Origin: Chitinophagales bacterium
Lineage (GTDB): Bacteria > Bacteroidota > Bacteroidia > Chitinophagales > BACL12
Length of the DNA: 64,000 nt
Assembly: GCA_041392955.1 (NCBI GenBank)
Contig: JAWKLB010000001.1
Span: 37,344-101,343 of the forward strand
Reading direction: 5' to 3'
Of the stretch, positions 35,532-45,177 are shown piece by piece. A model generated the notes under the pieces. The model was not told where the DNA came from. It saw nothing but the letters and a program-made list of their open reading frames with translations, and searched no databases. A program made the translations under genes and the position numbers. The first letter of the stretch is position 1. Each line of letters opens with the position of its first letter.

Positions 35532-35948
35532 TTGTATATGCAAGGTTTTGTATTGACCACCAACACTTTTACCATCAGATTTATGTATTATGTTGCAGAA
35601 GCACCGCACACCTGTCGCGCTTTTCAGGACATGTTGCCCAACACGTACATTTTTGCACATGCCCGTGTTTCCGGTGCGGAATTTTGGTTGGGCGATCTCA
35701 CCTTTCCGGAAATTCCGCAGGAAAATGCTTCCGTGTTTGTACTGCCCGGTGAGGCAGTTTTGGGCCCTTCAAAACCTGAGCGCTTGAAAACCGCCGGCAC
35801 CCTGGGTTTCTACTATGGAGAGGGAAAAGGCCTGGATGCCTGTAATATTTTTGCCTGTGTAGTTGATGAAGATAGAGAAGAACTAAAGAAATTAGGCATG
35901 TATGTTTGGAACCACGGAGCAATGGAAATAACGCTAACTGCGATGTAA
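35532..35948 (+). CDS. Hypothetical protein, possibly cyclophilin-like fold (DUF3830-like)
   Basis: 138 aa. The assignment rests on a weak resemblance (AEAPHTCRAFQDMLP...ARVSGAEFW) and is low confidence. Confidence 0.4.
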   Translation: MYMQGFVLTTNTFTIRFMYYVAEAPHTCRAFQDMLPNTYIFAHARVSGAEFWLGDLTFPEIPQENASVFVLPGEAVLGPSKPERLKTAGTLGFYYGEGKGLDACNIFACVVDEDREELKKLGMYVWNHGAMEITLTAM

Positions 35949-35961
35949 ACAGATCAACGGT

Positions 35962-36558
35962 ATGGCAATAAAAGAAGTATATAAAGGCATCCTTGCTATT
36001 GCAGCATCCGACAGAAAAGTGTGGCGTAAATGGCTCGAAAAGAATCATGCAAAGGAAGAAAAGGTGTGGTTGATCCTCTTTCGGCAATCCGGTGAAACAC
36101 CGAGTGTTACTTATCCGGAAGCAGTGGAAGAAGCCTTGTGTTTTGGATGGATCGATAGTGTAAAGAATACCCGTGATGCGAAAAGTGCATATCAGTATTT
36201 TGCGAAGCGAAAACCTAAAAGTGTTTGGAGCAAATCGAACCGGGAAAGGGTAGAGAAACTGATCGCTGCAGGACAAATGACCGAAAGCGGCATGGCATTG
36301 ATAGAACTCGCAAAAAAAACAGGCACCTGGGAAGCGCTGGTGGAAGTTGAACAGAATATTATTCCGGAAGACCTGCAAATAGCATTGCAAAAAAATAAAA
36401 AGGCACAAAAATATTTTACAGCCTTCCCGCCTTCATCCAGGCGTATCATTCTCGAATGGATACGGCAGGCAAAAAAACAGGAGACCAGAAAAAAGCGCAT
36501 TGCCGAAACGGTGAGGCTCGCAGCAAAAAATATCCGCGCCAATCACTACAGACAATGA
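35962..36558 (+). CDS. YdeI/OmpD-associated family protein
   Basis: WRKWLEKNHAKEEKVWLILFRQSG...VTYPEAVEEALCFGWIDSVKN...FAKRKPKSVWSKSNRERVEKLIAAGQMTESG is the canonical YdeI pattern. Confidence 0.7.
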   Translation: MAIKEVYKGILAIAASDRKVWRKWLEKNHAKEEKVWLILFRQSGETPSVTYPEAVEEALCFGWIDSVKNTRDAKSAYQYFAKRKPKSVWSKSNRERVEKLIAAGQMTESGMALIELAKKTGTWEALVEVEQNIIPEDLQIALQKNKKAQKYFTAFPPSSRRIILEWIRQAKKQETRKKRIAETVRLAAKNIRANHYRQ

Positions 36559-36588
36559 TCTCTGTTCCGGGATAACAGGTGATTAAAA

Positions 36589-37998
36589 ATGCGTAAAGTG
36601 CAGTATATTCGGTACATGAGATATACTTTTTTATACGCTGTGCTTTTGTTCTGCAATGTGCTTAAAGCCCAAACAGAACTCGACCTTTATATTTTAGATG
36701 TGATGGAGACCCGCCATATCAGTGGAGTAAGCGCTTGTATCATAAAAGAAGGAAAACTGGCATGGACCGGGAACTATGGTTTGGCAAATCGTCCCGCTAT
36801 GCAGGAGGTGGATGAAAACACGATGTTCATGCTGGCATCGATATCCAAAACAATTACCGCTACTGCTCTTATGCAATTATATGATGCGGGTTATTTTAAC
36901 CTGGACGATGATATCAATGCATACCTCCCATTTCCCGTCCATAATCCGCTCTATCCGGATGCACCCATCACCTTTGAACAATTGCTGACGCATACCAGCA
37001 GCATACAGGATAACTGGGACGTGATGATACCATTATATGTTGACGGAGATTCGCCCGTGGGATTGGGATATTTTATGGAACAATATCTAACAGATACAGG
37101 GATCTATTTCGATGCCGATAATAATTACTATACGTTTACCCCCGGAACGCATTTGCATTATAGTAATATTGGCGCCTCCCTATGCGGATATCTGGTAGAG
37201 ATCATCAGCGGCTCTCCGTTCAATACATATTGTAATACGCATATCTTCGAACCAATGTGCATGGATAACACCGGCTGGTTTCTGAGCGAACTGGACGAAG
37301 AGCATGTCGCACATCCCTATTCCTATTATACAGGTAATTACCACGATAATGGATTATATGGTTACCCCGATTATCCCGACGGTCAACTGCGCACCACCTG
37401 TATATCTCTTGCCAAATTTTTATGGATGAATATGAACGGAGGTTTGTTCGACGGACAACAAATTTTGCAACCCGCAACTGTAGAGCTCATGCAATCGTCG
37501 ATCTTTCCCGCTATTGATCCCACACAAGGACTCATCTGGTATTATTATTCCAATGCAACCGGTACCTGGTGGGGACATAACGGTGGTGATGATGGCGTAA
37601 ATACGGATATGTTCTACAACCCGGATACGCAAACAGGGATCATCGTGCTTACCAATGGCGATGGCAGCCATACCAATATCTGGAATGCATTGATCGATCA
37701 TGCTGCTACGTTGGATGTGAGTGATCTTCCCGAAATAGCCTGTGTTACAGAAATACCTGCTGCGGTCAACAACACTGCTTTGGAGCACATTTCCATCTCC
37801 CCGAATCCTGTACACAATATCCTGCACATGCAAGGTATAGATGCCGGTACAGGGATGTTTATTTATGATGCAACAGGAACTATATGTATGTATGAAATAT
37901 TTTCCGGTCAGGCATTGGACGTTTCTGCACTGCCCGCCGGAACTTATTTTATGAAACCTGCATCTGCAGCATCGGGGCTTGCTTTCATTAAATGGTAA
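36589..37998 (+). CDS. Beta-lactamase-family serine hydrolase with T9SS type-A sorting domain
   Basis: The SxxK motif is LASISKTITATAL, with YSN downstream. The C-terminus ISISPNPVHNILHMQ...GTYFMK is a T9SS CTD. Confidence 0.8.
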   Translation: MRKVQYIRYMRYTFLYAVLLFCNVLKAQTELDLYILDVMETRHISGVSACIIKEGKLAWTGNYGLANRPAMQEVDENTMFMLASISKTITATALMQLYDAGYFNLDDDINAYLPFPVHNPLYPDAPITFEQLLTHTSSIQDNWDVMIPLYVDGDSPVGLGYFMEQYLTDTGIYFDADNNYYTFTPGTHLHYSNIGASLCGYLVEIISGSPFNTYCNTHIFEPMCMDNTGWFLSELDEEHVAHPYSYYTGNYHDNGLYGYPDYPDGQLRTTCISLAKFLWMNMNGGLFDGQQILQPATVELMQSSIFPAIDPTQGLIWYYYSNATGTWWGHNGGDDGVNTDMFYNPDTQTGIIVLTNGDGSHTNIWNALIDHAATLDVSDLPEIACVTEIPAAVNNTALEHISISPNPVHNILHMQGIDAGTGMFIYDATGTICMYEIFSGQALDVSALPAGTYFMKPASAASGLAFIKW

Positions 37999-37999
37999 T

Positions 38000-38536
38000 A
38001 TGAACAGAAAAGTAATGGTGTATATCGCCGTATCCGCAGATGGTTTTATTGCGGGCCCGGATGGCGACATGTCATTTTTAGATATACAAACACCCGAAGG
38101 AGAAGATTTTGGGTACCATGCTTTTATCGCAGAGGTTGACACGGTAATACTCGGACGTAAAACATATGATTGGGTCATGACACAGGTGGATACATTCCCG
38201 CACGCGCACTTGGAATCATATATCATCACTTCCGCACAGAAGGAGCCGGAAGGGAATATCCGATTTTATTCCGGCGATCCCTGCGCTCTGGTGCGCACAC
38301 TGAGATCCCGTTCCGGGAAAAATATTTTTGTGGACGGCGGTGCACAACTGATCCAGGCATTGCGGGAGGAGCAATTGATCGACACCTATATTATTACCAT
38401 TATTCCCGTTTTACTGGGTTCCGGCACTGCACTTTTCCGGAGCCCCGGTCCGGCGGAAGAACTTTCCCTGCATTATGCACGCTCCTGGCCAAATGGCATG
38501 ACACAATTGCGCTACGAACGGAATCGGTCGGTTTGA
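38000..38536 (+). CDS. Dihydrofolate reductase family protein (RibD C-terminal domain)
   Basis: The start is set at ATG 38000. MNRKVMVYIAVSADGFIAGPDGDMSFL...ILGRKTYDW...IFVDGGAQLIQ...IIPVLLGSG fits the family. Confidence 0.75.
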   Translation: MNRKVMVYIAVSADGFIAGPDGDMSFLDIQTPEGEDFGYHAFIAEVDTVILGRKTYDWVMTQVDTFPHAHLESYIITSAQKEPEGNIRFYSGDPCALVRTLRSRSGKNIFVDGGAQLIQALREEQLIDTYIITIIPVLLGSGTALFRSPGPAEELSLHYARSWPNGMTQLRYERNRSV

Positions 38537-38657
38537 CAGCGGAGATCGTTGTAAAGTCGGGATTTCCGGAGGTCGGGACGTCTTGATGTCTGCTTATAAA
38601 CGGATACAGGAATTTCAAGTTGCCTATTGTCCACCGCAATTGCCCACTCTCTATCAG

Positions 38658-38741
38658 CTATTCACCATTCACCAATCACTATTCACCATTTACTATTCAC
38701 CATTCACCATTCACCATTCATCTTTCCTCATTCCTCATTAC
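38658..38741 (+). repeat. Twelve-unit period-7 array (CYATTCA/CATTCAC type) ending 13 nt before a start codon
   Basis: The units are CTATTCA CCATTCA CCAATCA CTATTCA CCATTTA CTATTCA CCATTCA CCATTCA CCATTCA TCTTTCC TCATTCC TCATTAC. Confidence 0.9.
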
Positions 38742-38754
38742 CTTTATTCTGCAT

Positions 38755-40302
38755 ATGAAAGAAAAAATCGCTCTTCTCACGATACTTGCACCTTTTTCCT
38801 TTTCCCTTTTCGCACAAGAGGGCACATTGGATCCGTCTTTTGGTACCGGTGGAATTGTCATCACAGATTTTGAATATGCCAGTGATGTGGCTTACAGCAT
38901 GGCACTACAGGACGACGGCAAAATGGTGGTGGTAGGATTCAGCAATCTGGGTCCCGCTCTGCGCAAAGACATTACGATGGTGCGATATGATGCTGATGGT
39001 GTGCTGGATCCTTCCTTTGGCGACGGCGGTAAAGTGATCACGGATATTGGTGGCCTCGAAGAAAGTGACTTTGCATACGATGTGGCCATTCAAAACGACG
39101 GCAAGATCGTCGTGACCGGAACCACTATACCGGATGGCGGATATAAAATTCTCGTTGTACGATATAATTCCGATGGATCTCTGGATCCTACATTTGGCTC
39201 GGGAGGTTATATGGAAACCGATTTCGGCGGCATGGAAGAAATAGGGCAATCCGTGAAAATATTGGATGACGGAAAGATCATTGTAGGTGGATTTCGCAAC
39301 GATGGTTTGAAGCGCAACTTCGCACTGATCAAATTGAATACCGACGGCACACTGGATGATTCGTTCGGTACAGGCGGTAAAGTATATACTTCCTTTGCCG
39401 GCGACAGGCATGATTCTGGGTATGATGTGGAAATTGACAATGAGGGCAGGATAGTTCTTGCCGGATATAGTTATGTGGGAACATCTTCCGATTTTCAATT
39501 TGCGCTTGCCCGCTATATGCCGGATGGTTCGCTGGATGCAACTTTTGACGGCGATGGAAAATTGCTCACCGATGCGGGATTGTTGGTCGGACAGGCATAT
39601 GCGATGGTGTTGCAACCGGATAATAAAATTGTAGTTGGCGGATATGGTTACTACGGATTTATCGCAGATTTTGCAGTGGTGCGGTATAATCAGGACGGAA
39701 CACTCGATCCTACATTCGGAGTTGGTGGCATAACGCACACCGATTTTGGAAGTAATAAAGACGACTGGGGCTTCGCGCTTTGCCTGCAGCCCGATGGTAA
39801 AATATTACTTGCCGGTGCCGCGTTTGATGGATCACATAATAATGTGGCTATAGCAAGATATCGGGTGAACGGATTTCTCGATCCTGCCTTCGGTGGATCG
39901 GGAATGGTCGTCACACCCATAGGTCCGGCTTCAGAAGGTGCCTTTTCTATTCTTATGCAACCCGACGACCGGATACTTATTTCCGGATATACTTTTCAGT
40001 TGGGTGCCAATGACTTCCTCACGGCAAGATATAATCCGGTGGAGTTGGAGGAAAGTACCGCAGATACTTACGCGGAAACATATCTGCAATTGAGTCCGAA
40101 TCCCTGCAGCGATCACCTTTCCATACAAAGTAAATACGAGGGCCTGGCAACTATTTCAGATATCACTGGAGCCATCGTTTGGCGGCGTGAGATCGATCCG
40201 GGTGTCACCTACCTCTCTACGCAGTCCTTTGCTCCGGGCATCTATTTTCTCCATTTGCAGGGAAATGAAGGCGTGGCCGATTTGCGTTTTGTAAAACATT
40301 GA
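38755..40302 (+). CDS. Delta-60 repeat (DUF5122 beta-propeller) protein with T9SS sorting domain
   Basis: The start is set at ATG 38755 (MKEKIALLTILAPFSFSLFAQ). There are about 9 repeats of G.LDP(S/T)FG.GG......F......A.A...Q.DGKI.V.G. The C-terminus LQLSPNPCSDHLSI...GIYFLHL is a T9SS CTD. Confidence 0.75.
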   Translation: MKEKIALLTILAPFSFSLFAQEGTLDPSFGTGGIVITDFEYASDVAYSMALQDDGKMVVVGFSNLGPALRKDITMVRYDADGVLDPSFGDGGKVITDIGGLEESDFAYDVAIQNDGKIVVTGTTIPDGGYKILVVRYNSDGSLDPTFGSGGYMETDFGGMEEIGQSVKILDDGKIIVGGFRNDGLKRNFALIKLNTDGTLDDSFGTGGKVYTSFAGDRHDSGYDVEIDNEGRIVLAGYSYVGTSSDFQFALARYMPDGSLDATFDGDGKLLTDAGLLVGQAYAMVLQPDNKIVVGGYGYYGFIADFAVVRYNQDGTLDPTFGVGGITHTDFGSNKDDWGFALCLQPDGKILLAGAAFDGSHNNVAIARYRVNGFLDPAFGGSGMVVTPIGPASEGAFSILMQPDDRILISGYTFQLGANDFLTARYNPVELEESTADTYAETYLQLSPNPCSDHLSIQSKYEGLATISDITGAIVWRREIDPGVTYLSTQSFAPGIYFLHLQGNEGVADLRFVKH

Positions 40303-40406
40303 TTTCCAAAGCATTGCTTTATTTCGGACAAATTATTTGTTAAAATATTTGCGCAACCGAATAGTTGCATATATATTTGCAACCAATTGGTAGCAAATTA
40401 AAAGAT

Positions 40407-40718
40407 ATGCGCAGAGATGTATTTCAGGCAATAGCAGATCCAACCCGCAGAGAGATCATTCATTTGGTGGCAAAGGGCCCCATGACACCAAATGCCCTGG
40501 CCGAACATTTTGATTGCAGCAGGCAGGCCGTATCCAAACATTTAAAGATCCTTGCCGAGTGTGCACTCTTGCGGCAGGAACAGGCAGGAAGGGAGATCTT
40601 TTACAAGTTGCATATCCGGAAATTAAAAGAAGTGGATAATTGGCTTGCTCCCTATAAAAAAATGTGGGAAGGCAGATTTGATCAGCTGGATGAAGTTTTG
40701 AAAAAAATGAAAAAATAA
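40407..40718 (+). CDS. ArsR/SmtB family transcriptional regulator (paralogue of 7884-8207)
   Basis: [22 protein letters not shown]...QAVSKHLKIL. I estimate roughly half the positions are identical to the first ArsR, by eye. Confidence 0.85.
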   Translation: MRRDVFQAIADPTRREIIHLVAKGPMTPNALAEHFDCSRQAVSKHLKILAECALLRQEQAGREIFYKLHIRKLKEVDNWLAPYKKMWEGRFDQLDEVLKKMKK

Positions 40719-40729
40719 AACCATGTATT

Positions 40730-41224
40730 ATGATACTCAAAAAAGAAACCATCTACAAACAAGACCTCGACAATAAAAAACTTATCGTCTTGAGGCATTT
40801 TGATGCAGCACCTGAAAAGGTTTGGAAAGCGTGGACAGAACCTGCCCTTTTAGATCAGTGGTGGGCACCAAAACCCTGGAAAGCGGAAACAAAAAGTATG
40901 GACTTCCGCGAAGGCGGGACCTGGTTATACGCCATGGTTGGTCCGGAAGGCGAACAGCATTTTGCCCGCGTATTATATCATCAGATTGAACCGGTGCATA
41001 TGTTTTCCGGGCATGACGGATTTTGTGATGCCGACGGCAATCCCGATACCGCTTTGCCGGGAATGGAATGGACCGTGCAGTTCAAAGCAGTGGCCGATGG
41101 AACGGATGTGGAAGTAGAAGTGGCTTTTGCCAGCATCAAAGACCTGGAGACCATCGTAGAAATGGGGTTCAAAGAGGGCTTTGCCATGGCGCACGATAAC
41201 CTGGACGAGCTGTTACTTGGCTGA
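40730..41224 (+). CDS. SRPBCC superfamily protein (Aha1-like domain)
   Basis: LIVLRHFDAAPEKVWKAWTEPALLDQWWAPKPW is the typical N-terminus of ArsR-linked Aha1/SRPBCC proteins. Confidence 0.7.
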   Translation: MILKKETIYKQDLDNKKLIVLRHFDAAPEKVWKAWTEPALLDQWWAPKPWKAETKSMDFREGGTWLYAMVGPEGEQHFARVLYHQIEPVHMFSGHDGFCDADGNPDTALPGMEWTVQFKAVADGTDVEVEVAFASIKDLETIVEMGFKEGFAMAHDNLDELLLG

Positions 41225-41244
41225 GAACAACGAACGAATAGTAC

Positions 41245-41279
41245 ACACCGGAGTGCAACTTACTCCGGTGTTTTTTTTT
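41245..41279 (+). terminator. Rho-independent terminator
   Basis: ACACCGGAGT-GCAACTT-ACTCCGGTGT is followed by a T9 run. Confidence 0.85.
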
Positions 41280-41307
41280 GTATCAAGGGGCCCTAATTTT
41301 ACAGGAC

Positions 41308-41826
41308 ATGTTTTTGGAAACGGAAAGATTATTATTGAGGCCCTTCACGCAGGAAGATGCTGCTTTCGTATTGGAATTGGTAAATACGGAAGGTTGGTTG
41401 AAAAATATAGGTGATCGTGGGGTGCATACATTGGAAGATGCAGAAGCATATCTCCAAACCCGCATTATTTCGGCATATGAAAAATATGGGTATGGATTGA
41501 ATGCACTGATACAAAAAACAGATGATACTTTGATCGGCATGGTGGGTCTGGTCAACAGAGATTCGCTGCAACATCCCGATCTGGGTTTTGCCGTTTTACC
41601 TGCTTATATGGGCAAGGGGTATACTACCGAGATCGCACAGGTTGTTCTGGAATATGCCGACGAGGTGCTGGATATCGCTGAGTTATCAGCCATAACCATC
41701 CCGGAAAATATGCCTTCCAGAAGAGTGCTGGAAAAATGTGGCTTCCAACTTTCCGGAGAAATGACGGAAGCAAATGGCGACAGATTATTGGTATATTCAC
41801 GTGCGCAAAAAAAGAAAGATGGGTAA
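41308..41826 (+). CDS. GNAT family N-acetyltransferase (RimJ/RimL-like)
   Basis: The start is at ATG 41308. TERLLLRPFTQEDA...GLVNRDSLQHPDLGFAVLPAYMGKGYTTE...RRVLEKCGF fits the family. Confidence 0.8.
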   Translation: MFLETERLLLRPFTQEDAAFVLELVNTEGWLKNIGDRGVHTLEDAEAYLQTRIISAYEKYGYGLNALIQKTDDTLIGMVGLVNRDSLQHPDLGFAVLPAYMGKGYTTEIAQVVLEYADEVLDIAELSAITIPENMPSRRVLEKCGFQLSGEMTEANGDRLLVYSRAQKKKDG

Positions 41827-42226
41827 CAGGATTATGGCTGTCGTTTTCGGACTCCTTGCCGGCTGGGCCCTCGTTATGGCAGGTGATGCTATTGTGCATC
41901 ATCAATACGCCCCTCCGGCAGGGTTTGATTTTAATGATAAGGAAGCATTAAAGGCCTATGTCGGTACTTTGCCGGATAAAGCGTTTTATATTTTACTTAC
42001 TTTTTGGGTGCTATCTGTTTTTGCCGCTGCACTGATCGCTGCGCTTATCGCCCGGGCTGCAAAGATTCGTGTAGCATTGATCGTCGGGATCATTCTGATG
42101 ATAGGGAGCGCCATCAATGTATTTACCATACCGCATCCGGTCTGGCTCAGGATCATCACCATCGTACAATATATCCCTGTCGCGTATATAGGTGGAAGAT
42201 TGGGTATGCGCTTTTCGCATTCGTGA
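41819..42226 (+). CDS. Hypothetical membrane protein
   Basis: The ATG at 41819 overlaps the GNAT stop (ATGGGTAA). There are four hydrophobic segments. Confidence 0.5.
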   Translation: MGNRIMAVVFGLLAGWALVMAGDAIVHHQYAPPAGFDFNDKEALKAYVGTLPDKAFYILLTFWVLSVFAAALIAALIARAAKIRVALIVGIILMIGSAINVFTIPHPVWLRIITIVQYIPVAYIGGRLGMRFSHS

Positions 42227-42337
42227 ATCAGTGTCCAATTACTGTAAAATGTGCGAGTATACTTTTTGTTCAGAATGTAGTATGTATCGCAAATACTTTG
42301 GAAAATAGAATTGCTCATCGCATATATAAATAACCGT

Positions 42338-42700
42338 ATGAAATTATTGAACCTCCGTCCCATGTTCTGGACAGAACACATACAGGAAACCATTGATTTT
42401 TATACACAAGTGTTGGGTTTTACCTGTGGCGCGCGCAACGATGATTGGGGCTGGGCTGCCATGCATCGCGATGAAGTGGAGATCATGATCGCAAAACCCA
42501 ATGCGCATACACCATTTGACAAGCCTTATTTTTCGGGTTCCATATACATCAACGTCGATGATGTAGAAACGCTCTGGAACGATTTGAAAGACAAAGTGCA
42601 AATATGCTATCCCGTAGAGGAATTTGAATGGGGCATGCGCGAATTTGCCATCTATGATAACAATGGGTATTTATTGCAATTTGGTGAAGATATCAGCTGA
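42338..42700 (+). CDS. VOC family protein (glyoxalase/bleomycin-resistance fold)
   Basis: The start is at ATG 42338. The pattern FYTQVLGFT...EIMIAKPN...YINVDDVETLWNDLKDK...WGMREFAIYDNNGYLLQFGE parallels the gene at 1187. Confidence 0.7.
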   Translation: MKLLNLRPMFWTEHIQETIDFYTQVLGFTCGARNDDWGWAAMHRDEVEIMIAKPNAHTPFDKPYFSGSIYINVDDVETLWNDLKDKVQICYPVEEFEWGMREFAIYDNNGYLLQFGEDIS

Positions 42701-42789
42701 TAATAATCACCTGTTTCTGAAAGCTTTTTTCACCGATTTTTTGGATTTTTGTAATGGAAAATTTTATTTCTACATAAAATTGCCGCGAA

Positions 42790-44163
42790 ATGCATGTAAT
42801 GGATCATGGGATAGAAACCGGAGTTTGTTTTGAAGAAGAAAACTTTATTACATTGCGTAATAAGGAATATCCCTACTTAGACGAACAGAGTCAGGTGTAT
42901 CTGGATTTTACCGGAGGAAACCTCTGTCCGGTTTCCCTGTTAGACAAGCATCATGCCCTGTTGCGCAACAATATCTTAGGCAATCCGCATTCCACCAATC
43001 CTACGTCGCAACTTTCCACTAAATTAGTGGAAGAGGCCCGCCAAAAGGTGTTATCTTTTTTTCGCGCCGAAGATTATATCTGCATATTCACTAAAAATGC
43101 ATCCGGCGCACTGAAGATCGTCGGGGAGAGTTATCCCTTTCATGCCGACAGTTCTTTTGTGCTTACGGGCGATAACCACAATTCTGTGAACGGTATACGA
43201 TCATTTTGTCAGGCAAAAGGCGGAACAACAAAATATATAGGCATACAATACGAAGATCTGCAGATTGATGCGGAGAATGCCATCCAAATTTTACAGACCG
43301 GTGATCCGGAAGCGCATAACCTGTTTGCATTTCCTGCTCAGTCCAATGTTTCAGGTGTCAAACACGATCTGGGATGGATAGAAAAAGCAGAAGATTTAGG
43401 ATATGACGTTTTATTGGATGCTGCGGCATTTGTTCCTACGTCTGTACTTGATCTGAGCAAGGTTCATCCTGCCTTTGTCGTAATATCTTTTTATAAAATG
43501 TTTGGCTATCCTACCGGTATCGGCTGTTTGCTGGTGCACAAAAAAGCATATCATAAATTGCAAAAACCCTGGTTTGCCGGAGGAACGGTTAAAGTTGTTT
43601 CCGTTGCCGACCAGCATCAGATCCTGGCAGAAGGCCATGAGAAATTTGAAGACGGCACACTGAATTACGCCGGGATACCTGCCATTACTTTCGGCCTGGA
43701 GTACCTGGAGTCTATCGGGATGGATAGGATCAATCAGCGTGTATTATCTCTCATTCAATATGTCTATACCAAACTGACTGCCTTGCAACATGCAAATGGT
43801 GTACACGTGGTAAAGATCTTTGGCCCCGAGCACTTCAATAACCATGGCGGCAACATCATAATGAATTTTTGTAATGCAGAAGGGCGGATCATTCCTTATA
43901 TGGAATTTGAAGAATTGGCAAATGCACACAATATTTCTATTCGCTCAGGTTGCTTTTGCAATCCGGGTATCGATGAGATAAACAACTGTATTACGGGAGA
44001 GGAAATGGCCGGCTATTTTTCCAGCAGGGAAGATGGCGACTACAACGATATGGTGAAATATCTGGGCAAATTACGGGGAGCGATACGCCTGTCGGTAGGT
44101 ATTGCCACCACACAAAAAGATCTGGATACTTTTATTGCACTGGTGGATTCCCTGCGCAACTGA
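42790..44163 (+). CDS. Class V aminotransferase-fold PLP enzyme (MoCo-sulfurase/cysteine-desulfurase-like)
   Basis: YLDFTGGNL...LGNPHSTNPTS...FTKNASGALK...FPAQSNVSGVKH...DAAAFVPT...SFYKMFGYPTGIGCLLV is typical of the ABA3/NifS-like N-terminal domain. Confidence 0.7.
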   Translation: MHVMDHGIETGVCFEEENFITLRNKEYPYLDEQSQVYLDFTGGNLCPVSLLDKHHALLRNNILGNPHSTNPTSQLSTKLVEEARQKVLSFFRAEDYICIFTKNASGALKIVGESYPFHADSSFVLTGDNHNSVNGIRSFCQAKGGTTKYIGIQYEDLQIDAENAIQILQTGDPEAHNLFAFPAQSNVSGVKHDLGWIEKAEDLGYDVLLDAAAFVPTSVLDLSKVHPAFVVISFYKMFGYPTGIGCLLVHKKAYHKLQKPWFAGGTVKVVSVADQHQILAEGHEKFEDGTLNYAGIPAITFGLEYLESIGMDRINQRVLSLIQYVYTKLTALQHANGVHVVKIFGPEHFNNHGGNIIMNFCNAEGRIIPYMEFEELANAHNISIRSGCFCNPGIDEINNCITGEEMAGYFSSREDGDYNDMVKYLGKLRGAIRLSVGIATTQKDLDTFIALVDSLRN

Positions 44164-44202
44164 TATTTTTGGAAATAAGCGTTTACCTCACAGGAACCGA
44201 AC

Positions 44203-44745
44203 CTAGGATTCCCTTAACAAGTATAATTTATTATCCTCAACTTTATACAGCATCGGCGCGATCATGATCTTCGGATAGCGCAAACGCAGCCGCTTGGTTT
44301 CGCTGAGTACGAAATCAACTTCATTGCCTATTTCGAACATGGGTGCAAAATGCATGAAATGTTCTTCGGCCCACTGTTTTTCCCAGCCCGCCTCTTCTAC
44401 CAAACCTGTGATGAATTGTTCTTTGCGCGCAACCAGATTTACCATACCGCAGTGATTATGACCGATCAGCGCAATATGATGCACATTGCCAACTGCGATG
44501 GCATAGGAAACTTTGAATTCACTATACCGGAGATTGGCACCACCCGAACGGATGATATAAGAAAAGTTATCCGGCATATGCAGGTGCTTTCTGTTATCCA
44601 TACACATGCCGACAAGCAGTTGCGCCTGCGCATAGGTGTCGAACTCCCTGTTCAAATTGTGGTATTCCAGCAATAACCCGATAGGTGTATCCTGATATTG
44701 CGCGAAGATGTCTTCTTTCTTTTCTACAGCTACTAATCTGTTCAT
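44203..44745 (-). CDS. Beta-carbonic-anhydrase-like protein
   Basis: The zinc-ligand pattern C-x-D-x-R (GMCMDNR) and H-x-x-C (GHNHCGM) is present at beta-CA-like spacing. Confidence 0.6.
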   Translation of the reverse strand: MNRLVAVEKKEDIFAQYQDTPIGLLLEYHNLNREFDTYAQAQLLVGMCMDNRKHLHMPDNFSYIIRSGGANLRYSEFKVSYAIAVGNVHHIALIGHNHCGMVNLVARKEQFITGLVEEAGWEKQWAEEHFMHFAPMFEIGNEVDFVLSETKRLRLRYPKIMIAPMLYKVEDNKLYLLRES

Positions 44746-44811
44746 AATATATGCCTGTGATGTACTATGTGTAAAAATACGACAATGTTCATGATGCTGA
44801 ACAACGGAGAT

Positions 44812-45177
44812 TCAAATATGTTCAAGTTCGTTCCGGGTTTTTGTATCCTGCACATCACCGGTATTCACCGTCCCGGCAGGCTCAAAAAGCATTACCTCTA
44901 CCTCTTCCTGTGCGACAGGACGGTGTTCCACACCGCGAGGCACCACGATGCATTCTCCGGTATGCAGGGTGACCTTCTTATCGCGGAACTCCATATCAAA
45001 GGATCCACGCAGCACATAAAATAATTCGTCGGCATCGGCATGTGCATGCCATACGAAAGGACCTTGAAATTTTACCAGTTTGACCTCCTGTCCGTTCAGT
45101 GCTGCTATGATGCGCGGGTTCCAGTGATCAGTGAACAATTGTAGTTTTTCCTGAATATTTATTTTATCTGCACTCAT
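44812..45177 (-). CDS. Cupin domain protein
   Basis: The cupin motifs are WHAHADADELFYVLRG and HTGECIVVPRGVEHRP. Confidence 0.75.
   Translation of the reverse strand: MSADKINIQEKLQLFTDHWNPRIIAALNGQEVKLVKFQGPFVWHAHADADELFYVLRGSFDMEFRDKKVTLHTGECIVVPRGVEHRPVAQEEVEVMLFEPAGTVNTGDVQDTKTRNELEHI

Noticed and set aside
38620-38754. N-terminal extension of the delta-60 protein reading SPFTNHYSPFTIHHSPFTIH
   Set aside because: This is a translation of the heptamer array. A normal signal peptide begins at ATG 38755.
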